From assembly GCA_028688055.1 (NCBI GenBank), contig JAQTYZ010000003.1, positions 1,191-65,190 of the forward strand: a DNA stretch of 64,000 bases, given 5' to 3'. The notes under the pieces were generated by a model that had not been told where the DNA came from, made no database searches, and saw nothing but the letters and a program-made list of their open reading frames with translations. Position numbers and translations under genes: made by a program. The stretch is from Patescibacteria group bacterium (GTDB lineage: Bacteria > Patescibacteriota > Patescibacteriia > Buchananbacterales > UBA6539). This document shows positions 9,814 through 17,794 of the stretch, one piece after another. How positions within the stretch are numbered: position 1 is the first letter of the stretch; the number at the start of each line of letters is the position of its first letter.

Positions 9814-10020
9814 TTAGTCTTCGTTGCGACTTAGTTCGACTCCACATAATCTGCAAGAGGTGACATCAGCGCTTGACCAGGCGCCGTTAGCCTTCCTAAT
9901 GGTGATTTGCTTGCGGTGGCGGCAATGTTGCTGCTGCCAATGGTGAATCCGATATTTAAGGTGCAATAGGGATGCCGCGAGATCTTCCAGCAATCTGATA
10001 ATAATCGAAACGGCTTTCAT
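9814..10020 (-). CDS. Small His/Cys-rich, putative zinc-ribbon protein (68 aa, MKAVSII...)
   Basis: RBS AAGGAGA before ATG at 10020; HCRH...CRLC; lies directly after the T-box terminator. Confidence 0.6.
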   Translation of the reverse strand: MKAVSIIIRLLEDLAASLLHLKYRIHHWQQQHCRHRKQITIRKANGAWSSADVTSCRLCGVELSRNED

Positions 10021-10049
10021 ACTTTTCTCCTTGATTGAGTTATCCAAAC

Positions 10050-10305
10050 AAAAAATCCCGTCCTTTAGGCATAACGAAATTATGCGCAAAGGACGGGATA
10101 ATACCCGCGGTACCACCTTTGTTACTAAAAAAATCCGTGTCAGTACGGATCTCTAGTCTCTTACTGACTCTGCCTCCCAACTGGGACGACATCAGTTGCT
10201 CGTGATTACGGCGAGCGGACCCGGACTTCCACTAATGCAGAAGTCACCTCAGCGTGCCCAACCCCCGAACGCTTTTGGCTAACGGGGACACGCTTCAACG
10301 GTTTT
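10050..10305 (-). promoter_or_regulatory. T-box riboswitch (transcriptional), probable Trp specificity
   Basis: T-box AAAGGTGGTACCGCG (~10106-10120); terminator ATCCCGTCCTTT...AAAGGACGGGAT plus U-run (10050-10099); short Stem I with K-turn TGAA/TGA and bulged UGG at 10260-10258; Stem II GACTTC...GAAGTC; CCGTAA Stem IIA/B-like motif. Confidence 0.88.
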
Positions 10306-10325
10306 GTAATTTTTAAGGTGTTTCC

Positions 10326-10354
10326 AGTTTAGCCCAAGACAAATTTTCTGTCAA
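10326..10354 (-). promoter_or_regulatory. Sigma70 promoter for the T-box leader
   Basis: Minus strand TTGACA-17 nt-TAAACT. Confidence 0.7.
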
Positions 10355-10393
10355 GCAAAGATTTAGCCTTGGGGGCATAACTGGTTTGGCCAT

Positions 10394-10451
10394 CCCAGCA
10401 CCAAAACTCGTGAACAATCTTCATTATTTTTTGAGGTAGTTTGGTGCTGGG
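10394..10451. terminator. Inverted repeat downstream of rnj (possible terminator or stabilizer)
   Basis: CCCAGCACCAAA...TTTGGTGCTGGG 12-bp arms. Confidence 0.4.
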
Positions 10452-10460
10452 CTAATTATT

Positions 10461-12245
10461 TTAGACTTGAATGATAACTGGCAAAACCATTGGTCGACGC
10501 TCAGTTTTTTGATAAAGAAATTGGCCGATTTCATTTCTAATTTTATCCTTGTAGTAATTTTCATCAATGCCTTCTTTCAGATCGGCTTTGAATATTTTTT
10601 TGGCCCGCGCCCTAGTCTCCTCAATCAGTTTTTTATTTTCTTTCATGTAGATAAAACCGCGGGAAATTAGATCAGGGTTTTGAACTAGCTGACCTTTCTT
10701 TTTATCAATTGTAACGATAACAACAATCATACCGTCGCCGGCCATTAATTGGCGGTCACGTAAGACGATGTGTGAAACGTCGCCAACGCCTAAACCATCG
10801 ACAAAGACATAATCAGTCGGTACTCGATAGTCGGTTAGTTTGGCGTTCGTGGCGGTAAATTCCATTATTTGTCCATTATCGGCCACGAAGATGTTTTCTT
10901 TAGGAAAGCCAATGCTTTCGGCGACTTTTGCCGCTTCGCGTAACAAGTAGTGATTAGCGTAAACCGGAATCAAGTATTTTGGTTTTATTTCTCTTAGGAT
11001 CAATTTAATATCTTCAATTTTGCCATGACCGCCAGCGTGAACGTCCATAATTTCTTTGTGAATAACGTTGGCACCTTGTCGGTAGAGGCTGTCTTTAAGA
11101 TATTGAATTGTTCGTTCGTTGCCGGGAATAACTGATGATGAAAACACCACCGTGTCATCTTTTTCAATTTTGATGTAGCGATGTTCACCGCTGGCAATCC
11201 GGCTTAAAACCGCGCGACCCTCGCCTTGCGAACCGGTACAAACAATAACTACTTTGTTATTGGGATAATCGCTGACTTTGGAGACGTCAATAAACGTATT
11301 TTTTCCGGCTTTAATAAAACCGAATTTTTGTCCAATTTCAATATTTGATTTCATGGAGAAACCGTCCACGGCAACTTTTTTGCCATTTTCCTCAGCAATC
11401 TTGATAATCTGGCCGACTCGTTCAAGCATACTTGAAAAAGTTCCAAAAATTATCCGGCCCCTGGCGTCTTTGATAATTTTTTCCATGTTTTTGTAAACTT
11501 CCATTTCCGAACCCTGATGGCCTTCTTGAGTTGAGCCCAGACTTTCCATCATTAAAACTGACGGAATATTTTTAGTATTCCATTGAGCTAAATGGGACAG
11601 GTCGGTTTTCGGACCTTCAACGGGATCAAGGTCGTAGCGCCAATCGCCGGGATGAATAATATTAACAGTTGGCGTTTCAATAATTAGGCCCAGCGCGTCT
11701 TTGATGCTATGGGTGACATTAAAGAAATTAACCTTAAAGACGCCAAGTTTAACGGTCTCTTTGAGCGATTTAATTTCTAAAACTTTAGGGGTAAATTTGT
11801 CGTGATGGTTTTCAATTTGCTTTTTGAGTAAAGCAACGGTCATCGGTGCGCCGATAATTAAAGGATTGCCGAGTTTAGGCAACAAGATCGGCGCGGCACC
11901 AATATGGTCAAGGTGGCCGTGAGTTAAAATCACGCCCCTGATATTTTTTTCTTTGCCTTTCAAACAAGTAATGTTGGGAATGATATAATCAATGCCGTGC
12001 ATATCTTCCTCCGGAAACTGATGTCCCATGTCAATAATAACAATATCGGAACCGTATTCCAAAATGGTCATATTTCGGCCGACTTCTTCTAAACCGCCTA
12101 GCGCGTAAATTCGAAGTCGGTCTTCGGCTTTGTCTGAAGGTTTTTTGCCTTGAGATTTTCCTCTTGAGTCTTTAATATTTTTTCCATCTTTCGCTGATTT
12201 TGCGCCTGGTTTTCTGGTCCAAGAACCCTGTTTTTTTCTAATCAT
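10461..12245 (-). CDS. rnj: Ribonuclease J
   Basis: Motifs LGGLEEVGRN, THGHLDHIG, TGSQGE, SSSVIPGNE, HAGGH, TERRPMVLP; basic N-terminal extension. Confidence 0.96.
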   Translation of the reverse strand: MIRKKQGSWTRKPGAKSAKDGKNIKDSRGKSQGKKPSDKAEDRLRIYALGGLEEVGRNMTILEYGSDIVIIDMGHQFPEEDMHGIDYIIPNITCLKGKEKNIRGVILTHGHLDHIGAAPILLPKLGNPLIIGAPMTVALLKKQIENHHDKFTPKVLEIKSLKETVKLGVFKVNFFNVTHSIKDALGLIIETPTVNIIHPGDWRYDLDPVEGPKTDLSHLAQWNTKNIPSVLMMESLGSTQEGHQGSEMEVYKNMEKIIKDARGRIIFGTFSSMLERVGQIIKIAEENGKKVAVDGFSMKSNIEIGQKFGFIKAGKNTFIDVSKVSDYPNNKVVIVCTGSQGEGRAVLSRIASGEHRYIKIEKDDTVVFSSSVIPGNERTIQYLKDSLYRQGANVIHKEIMDVHAGGHGKIEDIKLILREIKPKYLIPVYANHYLLREAAKVAESIGFPKENIFVADNGQIMEFTATNAKLTDYRVPTDYVFVDGLGVGDVSHIVLRDRQLMAGDGMIVVIVTIDKKKGQLVQNPDLISRGFIYMKENKKLIEETRARAKKIFKADLKEGIDENYYKDKIRNEIGQFLYQKTERRPMVLPVIIQV

Positions 12246-12261
12246 ATATTATTTAATTTTA

Positions 12262-12348
12262 TGGTGCCGATGGAGGGATTTGAACCCTCACGAGCGTAAG
12301 CTCACAGCGACCTGAACGCTGCGTGTATACCAATTTCACCACATCGGC
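12262..12348 (-). tRNA. tRNA-Leu (CAG)
   Basis: GCCGATGTGGTGAAATTGGTATACACG-CAGCG-TTCAGGT-CGCTG, long variable arm, GGTTCAAATCC, encoded CCA end. Confidence 0.95.
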
Positions 12349-12358
12349 TAGTGATGAT

Positions 12359-14338
12359 TTATTTGAGTTGACCGTGCCAAGTTCGAACGGTTTTGATGTA
12401 CCAATCTTGAATGTTGTTAAAGCGGTCGGCGGGAATGATAATTCGATCAATGTTAACTCCTTTAACATCTTTATCCATGACGTAGGTATAGGTTGGTTTA
12501 TACAGGAAGATGGCTGGAATATCAGTGTTTAGCAGGGTCTGAAAGCTAGTATAGTCTTTAGCTTTTTTGTTATTGTCGGTGGTGGCCCGGGCGTCTTCTA
12601 AGAGTTTGTCCGCTTCCCGATTAGCATACATTGAAAGATTTAAACCTGGGTCGTCAACTTGTGAAGAATGCCAAAAGGGAAAAGGATCGGAATTAGAACC
12701 AACAATTATGCCAAACAACAAAACGTCATAATTTCGCGGTCTAATGATATCGCGGCTAATTTTATTTGGTTCGACAATTTGAACCGTCACTTTAACGCCG
12801 ATTTTTTCCCAGGCTTTTTTAATATCATCAGCCGCCTGCGTATTTTCCGGCTGGTTAATCGTTGTCAGAGTCAGTTCTAAGATGGCCTCACCATTTTGGC
12901 GATAGAAATCAGGCTGATTCTGGGAAGCGGTACTGTCACTAGCCACCGGCTCAGTTGCCGTCGTCGTGGCAGTGCTCGGCTCGGCATTAGCTTGATCGTC
13001 CGCGGAAGCTTTTTCCGTCTTCGCGGTCAGCCAAGCTTGGTACGCTTGAACCGAAATTTTTTTCCAGCCGGCGGTTTCGAGTAACTGATTAGCATCGTCA
13101 ATATTGTAACTGATTGGTTTAGTGTCATCGGAGGTTAACGGCACTGGAAAGATTGGCCCATCAATGGCCGCGCCTTCAAGTTGTAGGGCCCCAGCAACGA
13201 TTTTATTTTTATCAATACTTTCCGCCAGCGCTGTTCTGACGTTTTTACTTTTTAAAGCTTCATTTTTTTTCTGATTGATAAAGACGGCTGTGTATTGTGG
13301 TAAATCAAAATAATAATACTTAAGATTCTTTTGACCCGTTAAATCCGATTTCAATTCTTTCGGTAAAAAACTGATGCCTTGAATGGAATGACTTTTTAAG
13401 GCGGCGACAGCGGTCTGAAAATCGGGATAAAATTTGAAAGTGATTTGCTGGAGATAGGATTTTTGTCCGTAATAATCAGTATTAGGAACAATCGTATAAG
13501 ATTTAATATTGCCTAATTTATCTTTAGTCAGTGATTTAAATTCCCATGGTCCGGTGCCGACTGGTTTTAAATTATATTCAGTTAAGTTGGCATTAACAGC
13601 TGGTACTTCACTCCAAATATGTTCCGGTAAAATACCGGCCGTTAAGACATCAAGGAATGAAGGATAAGGTTGCGGTAAAGTAAATTTGACCGTTAAATCA
13701 TCTACCTTTTCGACGTCCACGCCTCTAATGCTGATTAATAAAGGACTTTTAAAGTCGGTGTCTTCAATGCTTTGATAAGTGAAAACGACGTCGTCGGCCG
13801 TAAATGGTTCACCATCTTGCCATTTGACATGGTCACGAAGATGAAAGGTATAAGTTTTTTGATCTTCACTAATGTCCCAGCTAGTTGCCAAGTCTGGCTC
13901 TAATTCTAAATCCTGGTTATACCTTAGTAACCCTGAAAATACGAGACGAGAAATATCTGAATCAACATCATTGGTTTGCGACAGAATTGGGTTGATGTAT
14001 TGGGGAGCGCCAACTAAGCCAGTGGTTACTTCGCCGCCGACACTCGGGGTCGGAGTAAAATTGATAAAATAAAAATTTAAAAGAATAGTTAGCGTCGAAA
14101 CTAGAATTAACACAATTGCTAGGCCCGCAATTTTTTTATCCTTGGGCGGTAAGGCCTGATGGATATATTTAAATTGTTTAAAGCTTGGCAACCTTTGGTT
14201 GGAAAGGTTGTAGATAAGTTTTTTATCTAATTCAATTCGGTTAGTTTGGCTGGCGGTATCATTATTGATACCAGGACTTATTTCACCGGCCGCCGAATTT
14301 CTTTTTATTTTATTTAGCAACGGGATTTTTCTAAACAC
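12359..14338 (-). CDS. ABC transporter family 5 (OppA/DppA-like) substrate-binding protein, TM-anchored
   Basis: Motifs LVFSGLL, PDLATSWDISEDQKTYTFHLR, WQDGEPFTADDVVFTY, PVGTGPW. Confidence 0.9.
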   Translation of the reverse strand: MFRKIPLLNKIKRNSAAGEISPGINNDTASQTNRIELDKKLIYNLSNQRLPSFKQFKYIHQALPPKDKKIAGLAIVLILVSTLTILLNFYFINFTPTPSVGGEVTTGLVGAPQYINPILSQTNDVDSDISRLVFSGLLRYNQDLELEPDLATSWDISEDQKTYTFHLRDHVKWQDGEPFTADDVVFTYQSIEDTDFKSPLLISIRGVDVEKVDDLTVKFTLPQPYPSFLDVLTAGILPEHIWSEVPAVNANLTEYNLKPVGTGPWEFKSLTKDKLGNIKSYTIVPNTDYYGQKSYLQQITFKFYPDFQTAVAALKSHSIQGISFLPKELKSDLTGQKNLKYYYFDLPQYTAVFINQKKNEALKSKNVRTALAESIDKNKIVAGALQLEGAAIDGPIFPVPLTSDDTKPISYNIDDANQLLETAGWKKISVQAYQAWLTAKTEKASADDQANAEPSTATTTATEPVASDSTASQNQPDFYRQNGEAILELTLTTINQPENTQAADDIKKAWEKIGVKVTVQIVEPNKISRDIIRPRNYDVLLFGIIVGSNSDPFPFWHSSQVDDPGLNLSMYANREADKLLEDARATTDNNKKAKDYTSFQTLLNTDIPAIFLYKPTYTYVMDKDVKGVNIDRIIIPADRFNNIQDWYIKTVRTWHGQLK

Positions 14339-14385
14339 AAAAAAGCGTGTTATTTAATCTTGCCGACAGCTTGTTGGGCGACCCT

Positions 14386-14595
14386 TCAAAGGAGGATATT
14401 GGCAAAGGCGGTCGCTAAAAAAACTATTGCCACAATAATGGTGCCATTAAAAATCCATTTTTCAACCCCGCGCTTGGTTCGGTAAACGCTATTGTCACCA
14501 CCGAAAGCGGAGCCCAGGCCGGTTCCCTTATTTTGTAGAAGTATTAAAGCAATGAGAATTATCGCTGAAACTATTTGAATGATGTCGATATACAT
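14386..14595 (-). CDS. secG: Preprotein translocase subunit SecG
   Basis: ILLQNKGTGLGSAFGG...TKRGVEK; two TM helices. Confidence 0.93.
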   Translation of the reverse strand: MYIDIIQIVSAIILIALILLQNKGTGLGSAFGGDNSVYRTKRGVEKWIFNGTIIVAIVFLATAFANILL

Positions 14596-14606
14596 AGGTT
14601 AATCAA

Positions 14607-14635
14607 ATCGTAGCAGAAAAACGTTAATATGTCAA
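14607..14635 (-). promoter_or_regulatory. Sigma70 promoter for secG-oppA-tRNA-Leu-rnj
   Basis: Minus strand TTGACA-17 nt-TACGAT with TG extension. Confidence 0.65.
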
Positions 14636-14640
14636 TTGGC

Positions 14641-14787
14641 TTATTTGCCCTTAGCCAAACGAGCAGTAATAATTTTTTTTAATTTAATAACCTGCTGGCC
14701 GGAGACTTTCATCTTTGGGCCGGTTTTTTTTAGCCGCCGAAGAGTTCTTTTCTCTAACGCTTCGATTTGGCGGTCGGCATTTGACAT
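14641..14787 (-). CDS. Small highly basic hypothetical protein (48 aa)
   Basis: Hand translation MSNADRQIEALEKRTLRRLKKTGPKMKVSGQQVIKLKKIITARLAKGK*; fills the intergenic gap; below the ORF-track cutoff. Confidence 0.55.
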   Translation of the reverse strand: MSNADRQIEALEKRTLRRLKKTGPKMKVSGQQVIKLKKIITARLAKGK

Positions 14788-14838
14788 AATCACAATTTTT
14801 AATTGTTTCTACTTTTATGATATAATATTAAGTAAAGT

Positions 14839-15594
14839 ATGTATAGTGACGACGAAATATTTATTAAGCCCGAGCCGCCTAAAATTAAGTCGACTCATCA
14901 GCGCTGGTACCAGAAATGGTGGGGCGTCGTGATTTTGCTGTTGCTATTTGTTGTCTCAATTACCGTGGCGGCCGGCGGCATATATGTTTTTAAATTAGTG
15001 TCATTATTGCGCAGTGGTCAGCTGACGCCGCAGGAGCTTTTTGTGGCTAGTCCAAGTGATTCGCAACTAAGCTTAGCTACAAGCTTAGTCACCAGCGATG
15101 ACCCCTCCCATGGTCCCAAGGATTCCAAGGTGGTCGTCGTGGAGTTTTTAGATTTCCAGTGCTCTTATTGTTTGGAGGCCGAGCCGGTTATCAGACAAAT
15201 TCTGAAAGATTATGGGGATAAGATTCTTTTTCAATATCGGGATTTTCCCATTACTGATATTCATCCGCAAGCCTTAATGGCTGCTGAAGCGGCTGAATGC
15301 GCTCATGAACAGGGAAAATTTTGGGAAATGCGCGATAAAATTTTTGAGGATCAGGCCAATATCAATGAGGCGGTACTAAAAACTTATGCGGTTCAAATCG
15401 GCTTAAATAGTGTTCAGTTTGGTAATTGTTTAGCGACTGAGAAATACCGCAGTGAAATCGAGCAGGACCTAACCGACGGTTACGCCGCTGGGGTCAAGGC
15501 GACCCCGACGTTTTTTATCAACGGCGCGCGATTGGATGGGGCAGTTCCGCTCAACACCTTTGAAAAAATAATAACCGCGGCGCTAAGTCGCTAA
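14839..15594 (+). CDS. DsbA-family thiol-disulfide oxidoreductase, membrane-anchored
   Basis: EFLDFQCSYC active site, YRDFP, EQGKFW, GVKATPTFFING. Confidence 0.92.
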   Translation: MYSDDEIFIKPEPPKIKSTHQRWYQKWWGVVILLLLFVVSITVAAGGIYVFKLVSLLRSGQLTPQELFVASPSDSQLSLATSLVTSDDPSHGPKDSKVVVVEFLDFQCSYCLEAEPVIRQILKDYGDKILFQYRDFPITDIHPQALMAAEAAECAHEQGKFWEMRDKIFEDQANINEAVLKTYAVQIGLNSVQFGNCLATEKYRSEIEQDLTDGYAAGVKATPTFFINGARLDGAVPLNTFEKIITAALSR

Positions 15595-15596
15595 GT

Positions 15597-16412
15597 ATGA
15601 AAAAAGATTTATTTACTCTCAAAGTAGTTTCACTATTTTTTGTTTTATGTCAGCTTGTATTTTTTATTTTGCCGTTGCCGGTTGCGGCTCAAGATACGCC
15701 GGTGGTTAAAGTTCATTTGGGAAGTTTTACCGGTAGCGAGTTTACTACTCAGCCGTGTAACGAGGGCAAGTGTCCGGTTGATTGGATTGGGCAGTATATT
15801 TCGGCTTTATACCAGTATGGTATTATTGCGGCCGCGATTTTGGCAACGGTGATGATAATGATCGGCGGTTTTTTGTGGCTGACCTCAGGCGGTAGCCCCA
15901 ATCGAATTAGCCGCGGTAAAGAGTTTATTATGAGCTCCATCAGCGGTTTGTTGTTAGCTTTATTTTCTTTTATTATGTTGTTTTCAATCAATCCAGCGTT
16001 GATTAACCTAAAGTCGGTTGATATTAGTCAGCCCGGTGCGCTGGCAACACCGGAGCAAACATCTGGAAGTGGGGTTGATCCAAGTTCAGCAGCTGGTAAG
16101 TTTTTAAGCGAGCTTGATGCTAATAGTAATGATTTTACTCCATACTCGTTTAATTACCGAGTTTTAAATTATAAACCCAATGGTGATGGATTTTATCTTG
16201 AGCTTAGTGGTAGTGAAGGTTTAGCGCGGTTCCTTTTTGCTGAAGGTACTGGCGTAGAATTAACTGATCAGGATCGAGCTGGCGGCGCTGTAGCCAGGGT
16301 TGTATATAATGATGCTTTGTGGACGTTGCGTGGCAGTGAGGTTGGAAATCGGTATTGGGAGGTATTAAGATTGCCAAGTGATATTGGTGGCGTTAGGTTT
16401 GGCGAATTGTAA
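15597..16412 (+). CDS. CPR-type TrbC/VirB2-like pilin with variable C-terminal domain
   Basis: Signal peptide; YI..LY.Y...AAILATVMIMIGGFLWLTSGG...I..GK..I...ISGL.LAL.S....SINP.L pilin core. Confidence 0.8.
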   Translation: MKKDLFTLKVVSLFFVLCQLVFFILPLPVAAQDTPVVKVHLGSFTGSEFTTQPCNEGKCPVDWIGQYISALYQYGIIAAAILATVMIMIGGFLWLTSGGSPNRISRGKEFIMSSISGLLLALFSFIMLFSINPALINLKSVDISQPGALATPEQTSGSGVDPSSAAGKFLSELDANSNDFTPYSFNYRVLNYKPNGDGFYLELSGSEGLARFLFAEGTGVELTDQDRAGGAVARVVYNDALWTLRGSEVGNRYWEVLRLPSDIGGVRFGEL

Positions 16413-17130
16413 CAATTTTTATTCTGGCAGTTATTTTAACTGTTTATTAAGGTTTAAATGTAATAGAAAATGAAGTGGAATAAAGTTTTAATTTTATTAA
16501 TGTTGGCGGTTGTTCTATCCACCCCAGCAATTAGCCTAGCCGCCAATGAGTATCAAGTAACTGACCCTGGTGGTAGCGTGCTGAATGTTAGGTTTAATAA
16601 TGATACCGGTCATTGGGAGGTGCAGCATCAGCCTTACTATGGGACTAATTCTAATTGGACTGACGTAAACTCCAGCTGGGAATTGAGCCGTTTTACCCGA
16701 GACGAATGGCCAATACTTAAAGCTCTCAAGGGGCGCAATTTTGATTGGGGAAACCGATATTTTAGCGCTTTATTCTCAAATGACACAGGTTATAGTGTGC
16801 CTAAGTCCGTAGATAAGTCCGCCGCCACTGCCCCGCAGCTAAAAGTTGAAATTGGCGGCAGTATTGTTAGTTTGTCGGCGGTCAATTGTACTTCGGGCCA
16901 AGATTGTTCAATTCCTTGGATCGGTGAATATATGAAGCAAGTTTATATCTATTTAGTCGCCGTTGCCGCGATTTTGGCAACGGTGATGATAATGATCGGT
17001 GGTTTTTTGTGGTTGACCTCAGGCGGCAGTCCGGACCGAATTAGTCGCGGTAAAGAGTTTATCGTCAGCTCAATCAGCGGTATGCTGTTAGCATTATTTT
17101 CCTACATTATTTTGTATTCCATCAATCCTA
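15831..17130 (+). repeat. Near-identical pilin-core coding repeat (copies at ~15831-15995 and ~16965-17130)
   Basis: GCCGCGATTTTGGCAACGGTGATGATAATGATCGG is identical in both copies and high similarity continues for ~160 nt. Confidence 0.9.
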
Positions 17131-17696
17131 ACCTAATAAATCTTAAACCAATTGTTATTAAAGTGTCCGGTGATTTAGCAGTGCAGGCCCAAAATCGATC
17201 TAATGCGCAAGCGGCGACACAGTCAGGCCCTACGGCGCTCGGGGCTGGTTGTCCCGATGCCACTGAATCGGCTCAAGGCTATACGGCCGTGCTTACTTCT
17301 TATGCTCGTCCAACCCCTCAAAATTTTACCTCGGATGACGCTTTTCTTTGTGCGGTTGGTTTAAATTGTTCTTGTCCTAGCGGTACTGGACGTGACAATG
17401 GTCGTTCGTGTTCTTTCGGTAGTTTGACGTGGCATCCGTGTGTATCCTTTGATGCTAATACAACGCCATATTGTAATCAGACCGCCAGTGGTCAAGCGCC
17501 AAGAGTGGGTACGGTGGCGGCCGATCCCTGTTTCCCGTTTGGCACGCAGCTTTGTATTAATGGCGAGACTTACACCGTAACTGATCGCGGCAGTGCTATT
17601 ACTGGCCGTCATTTTGATTTATGGTCTGATGATTATTCGGCTGCTACTCGTGCTTATAGCAATAGCGCTCAGGTTACTGGCGGCCCTTGTCCTTAA
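16470..17696 (+). CDS. VirB2-like pilin fused to a C-terminal 3D (MltA-like) peptidoglycan hydrolase domain
   Basis: Same pilin core as the upstream gene; C-terminal TASG...VAADP..PFGT......Y.V.DRGSAI.G.HFDLW with three Asp. Confidence 0.8.
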   Translation: MKWNKVLILLMLAVVLSTPAISLAANEYQVTDPGGSVLNVRFNNDTGHWEVQHQPYYGTNSNWTDVNSSWELSRFTRDEWPILKALKGRNFDWGNRYFSALFSNDTGYSVPKSVDKSAATAPQLKVEIGGSIVSLSAVNCTSGQDCSIPWIGEYMKQVYIYLVAVAAILATVMIMIGGFLWLTSGGSPDRISRGKEFIVSSISGMLLALFSYIILYSINPNLINLKPIVIKVSGDLAVQAQNRSNAQAATQSGPTALGAGCPDATESAQGYTAVLTSYARPTPQNFTSDDAFLCAVGLNCSCPSGTGRDNGRSCSFGSLTWHPCVSFDANTTPYCNQTASGQAPRVGTVAADPCFPFGTQLCINGETYTVTDRGSAITGRHFDLWSDDYSAATRAYSNSAQVTGGPCP

Positions 17697-17735
17697 ATAA
17701 TTTTAATATTTTTTTATAAAATTCAGGTGAGAGAT

Positions 17736-17764
17736 TTGACATATGAGGCAATCCGGCGTAAAAT
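17736..17764 (+). promoter_or_regulatory. Sigma70 promoter for uvrA
   Basis: TTGACA-17 nt-TAAAAT. Confidence 0.75.
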
Positions 17765-17794
17765 GTACTTCTAGTTTAGCTACGTCCTCAACAT

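Noticed and set aside
10021-10116. N-terminal extension of the 9814..10116 ORF
   Set aside because: It overlaps the T-box antiterminator/terminator. The RBS supports ATG at 10020.
12259-12532. ORFs 12259..12468 (-) and 12323..12532 (+)
   Set aside because: Shadow frames over tRNA-Leu and the end of the oppA-like gene.
14386-14388. Alternative genetic code (UGA=Gly, code 25)
   Set aside because: secG terminates at TGA at its expected length, and long genes are intact under code 11.
14636-14932. 98-aa plus-strand ORF
   Set aside because: It overlaps the DsbA start and its promoter region. The minus-strand 48-aa ORF fits the gap better.
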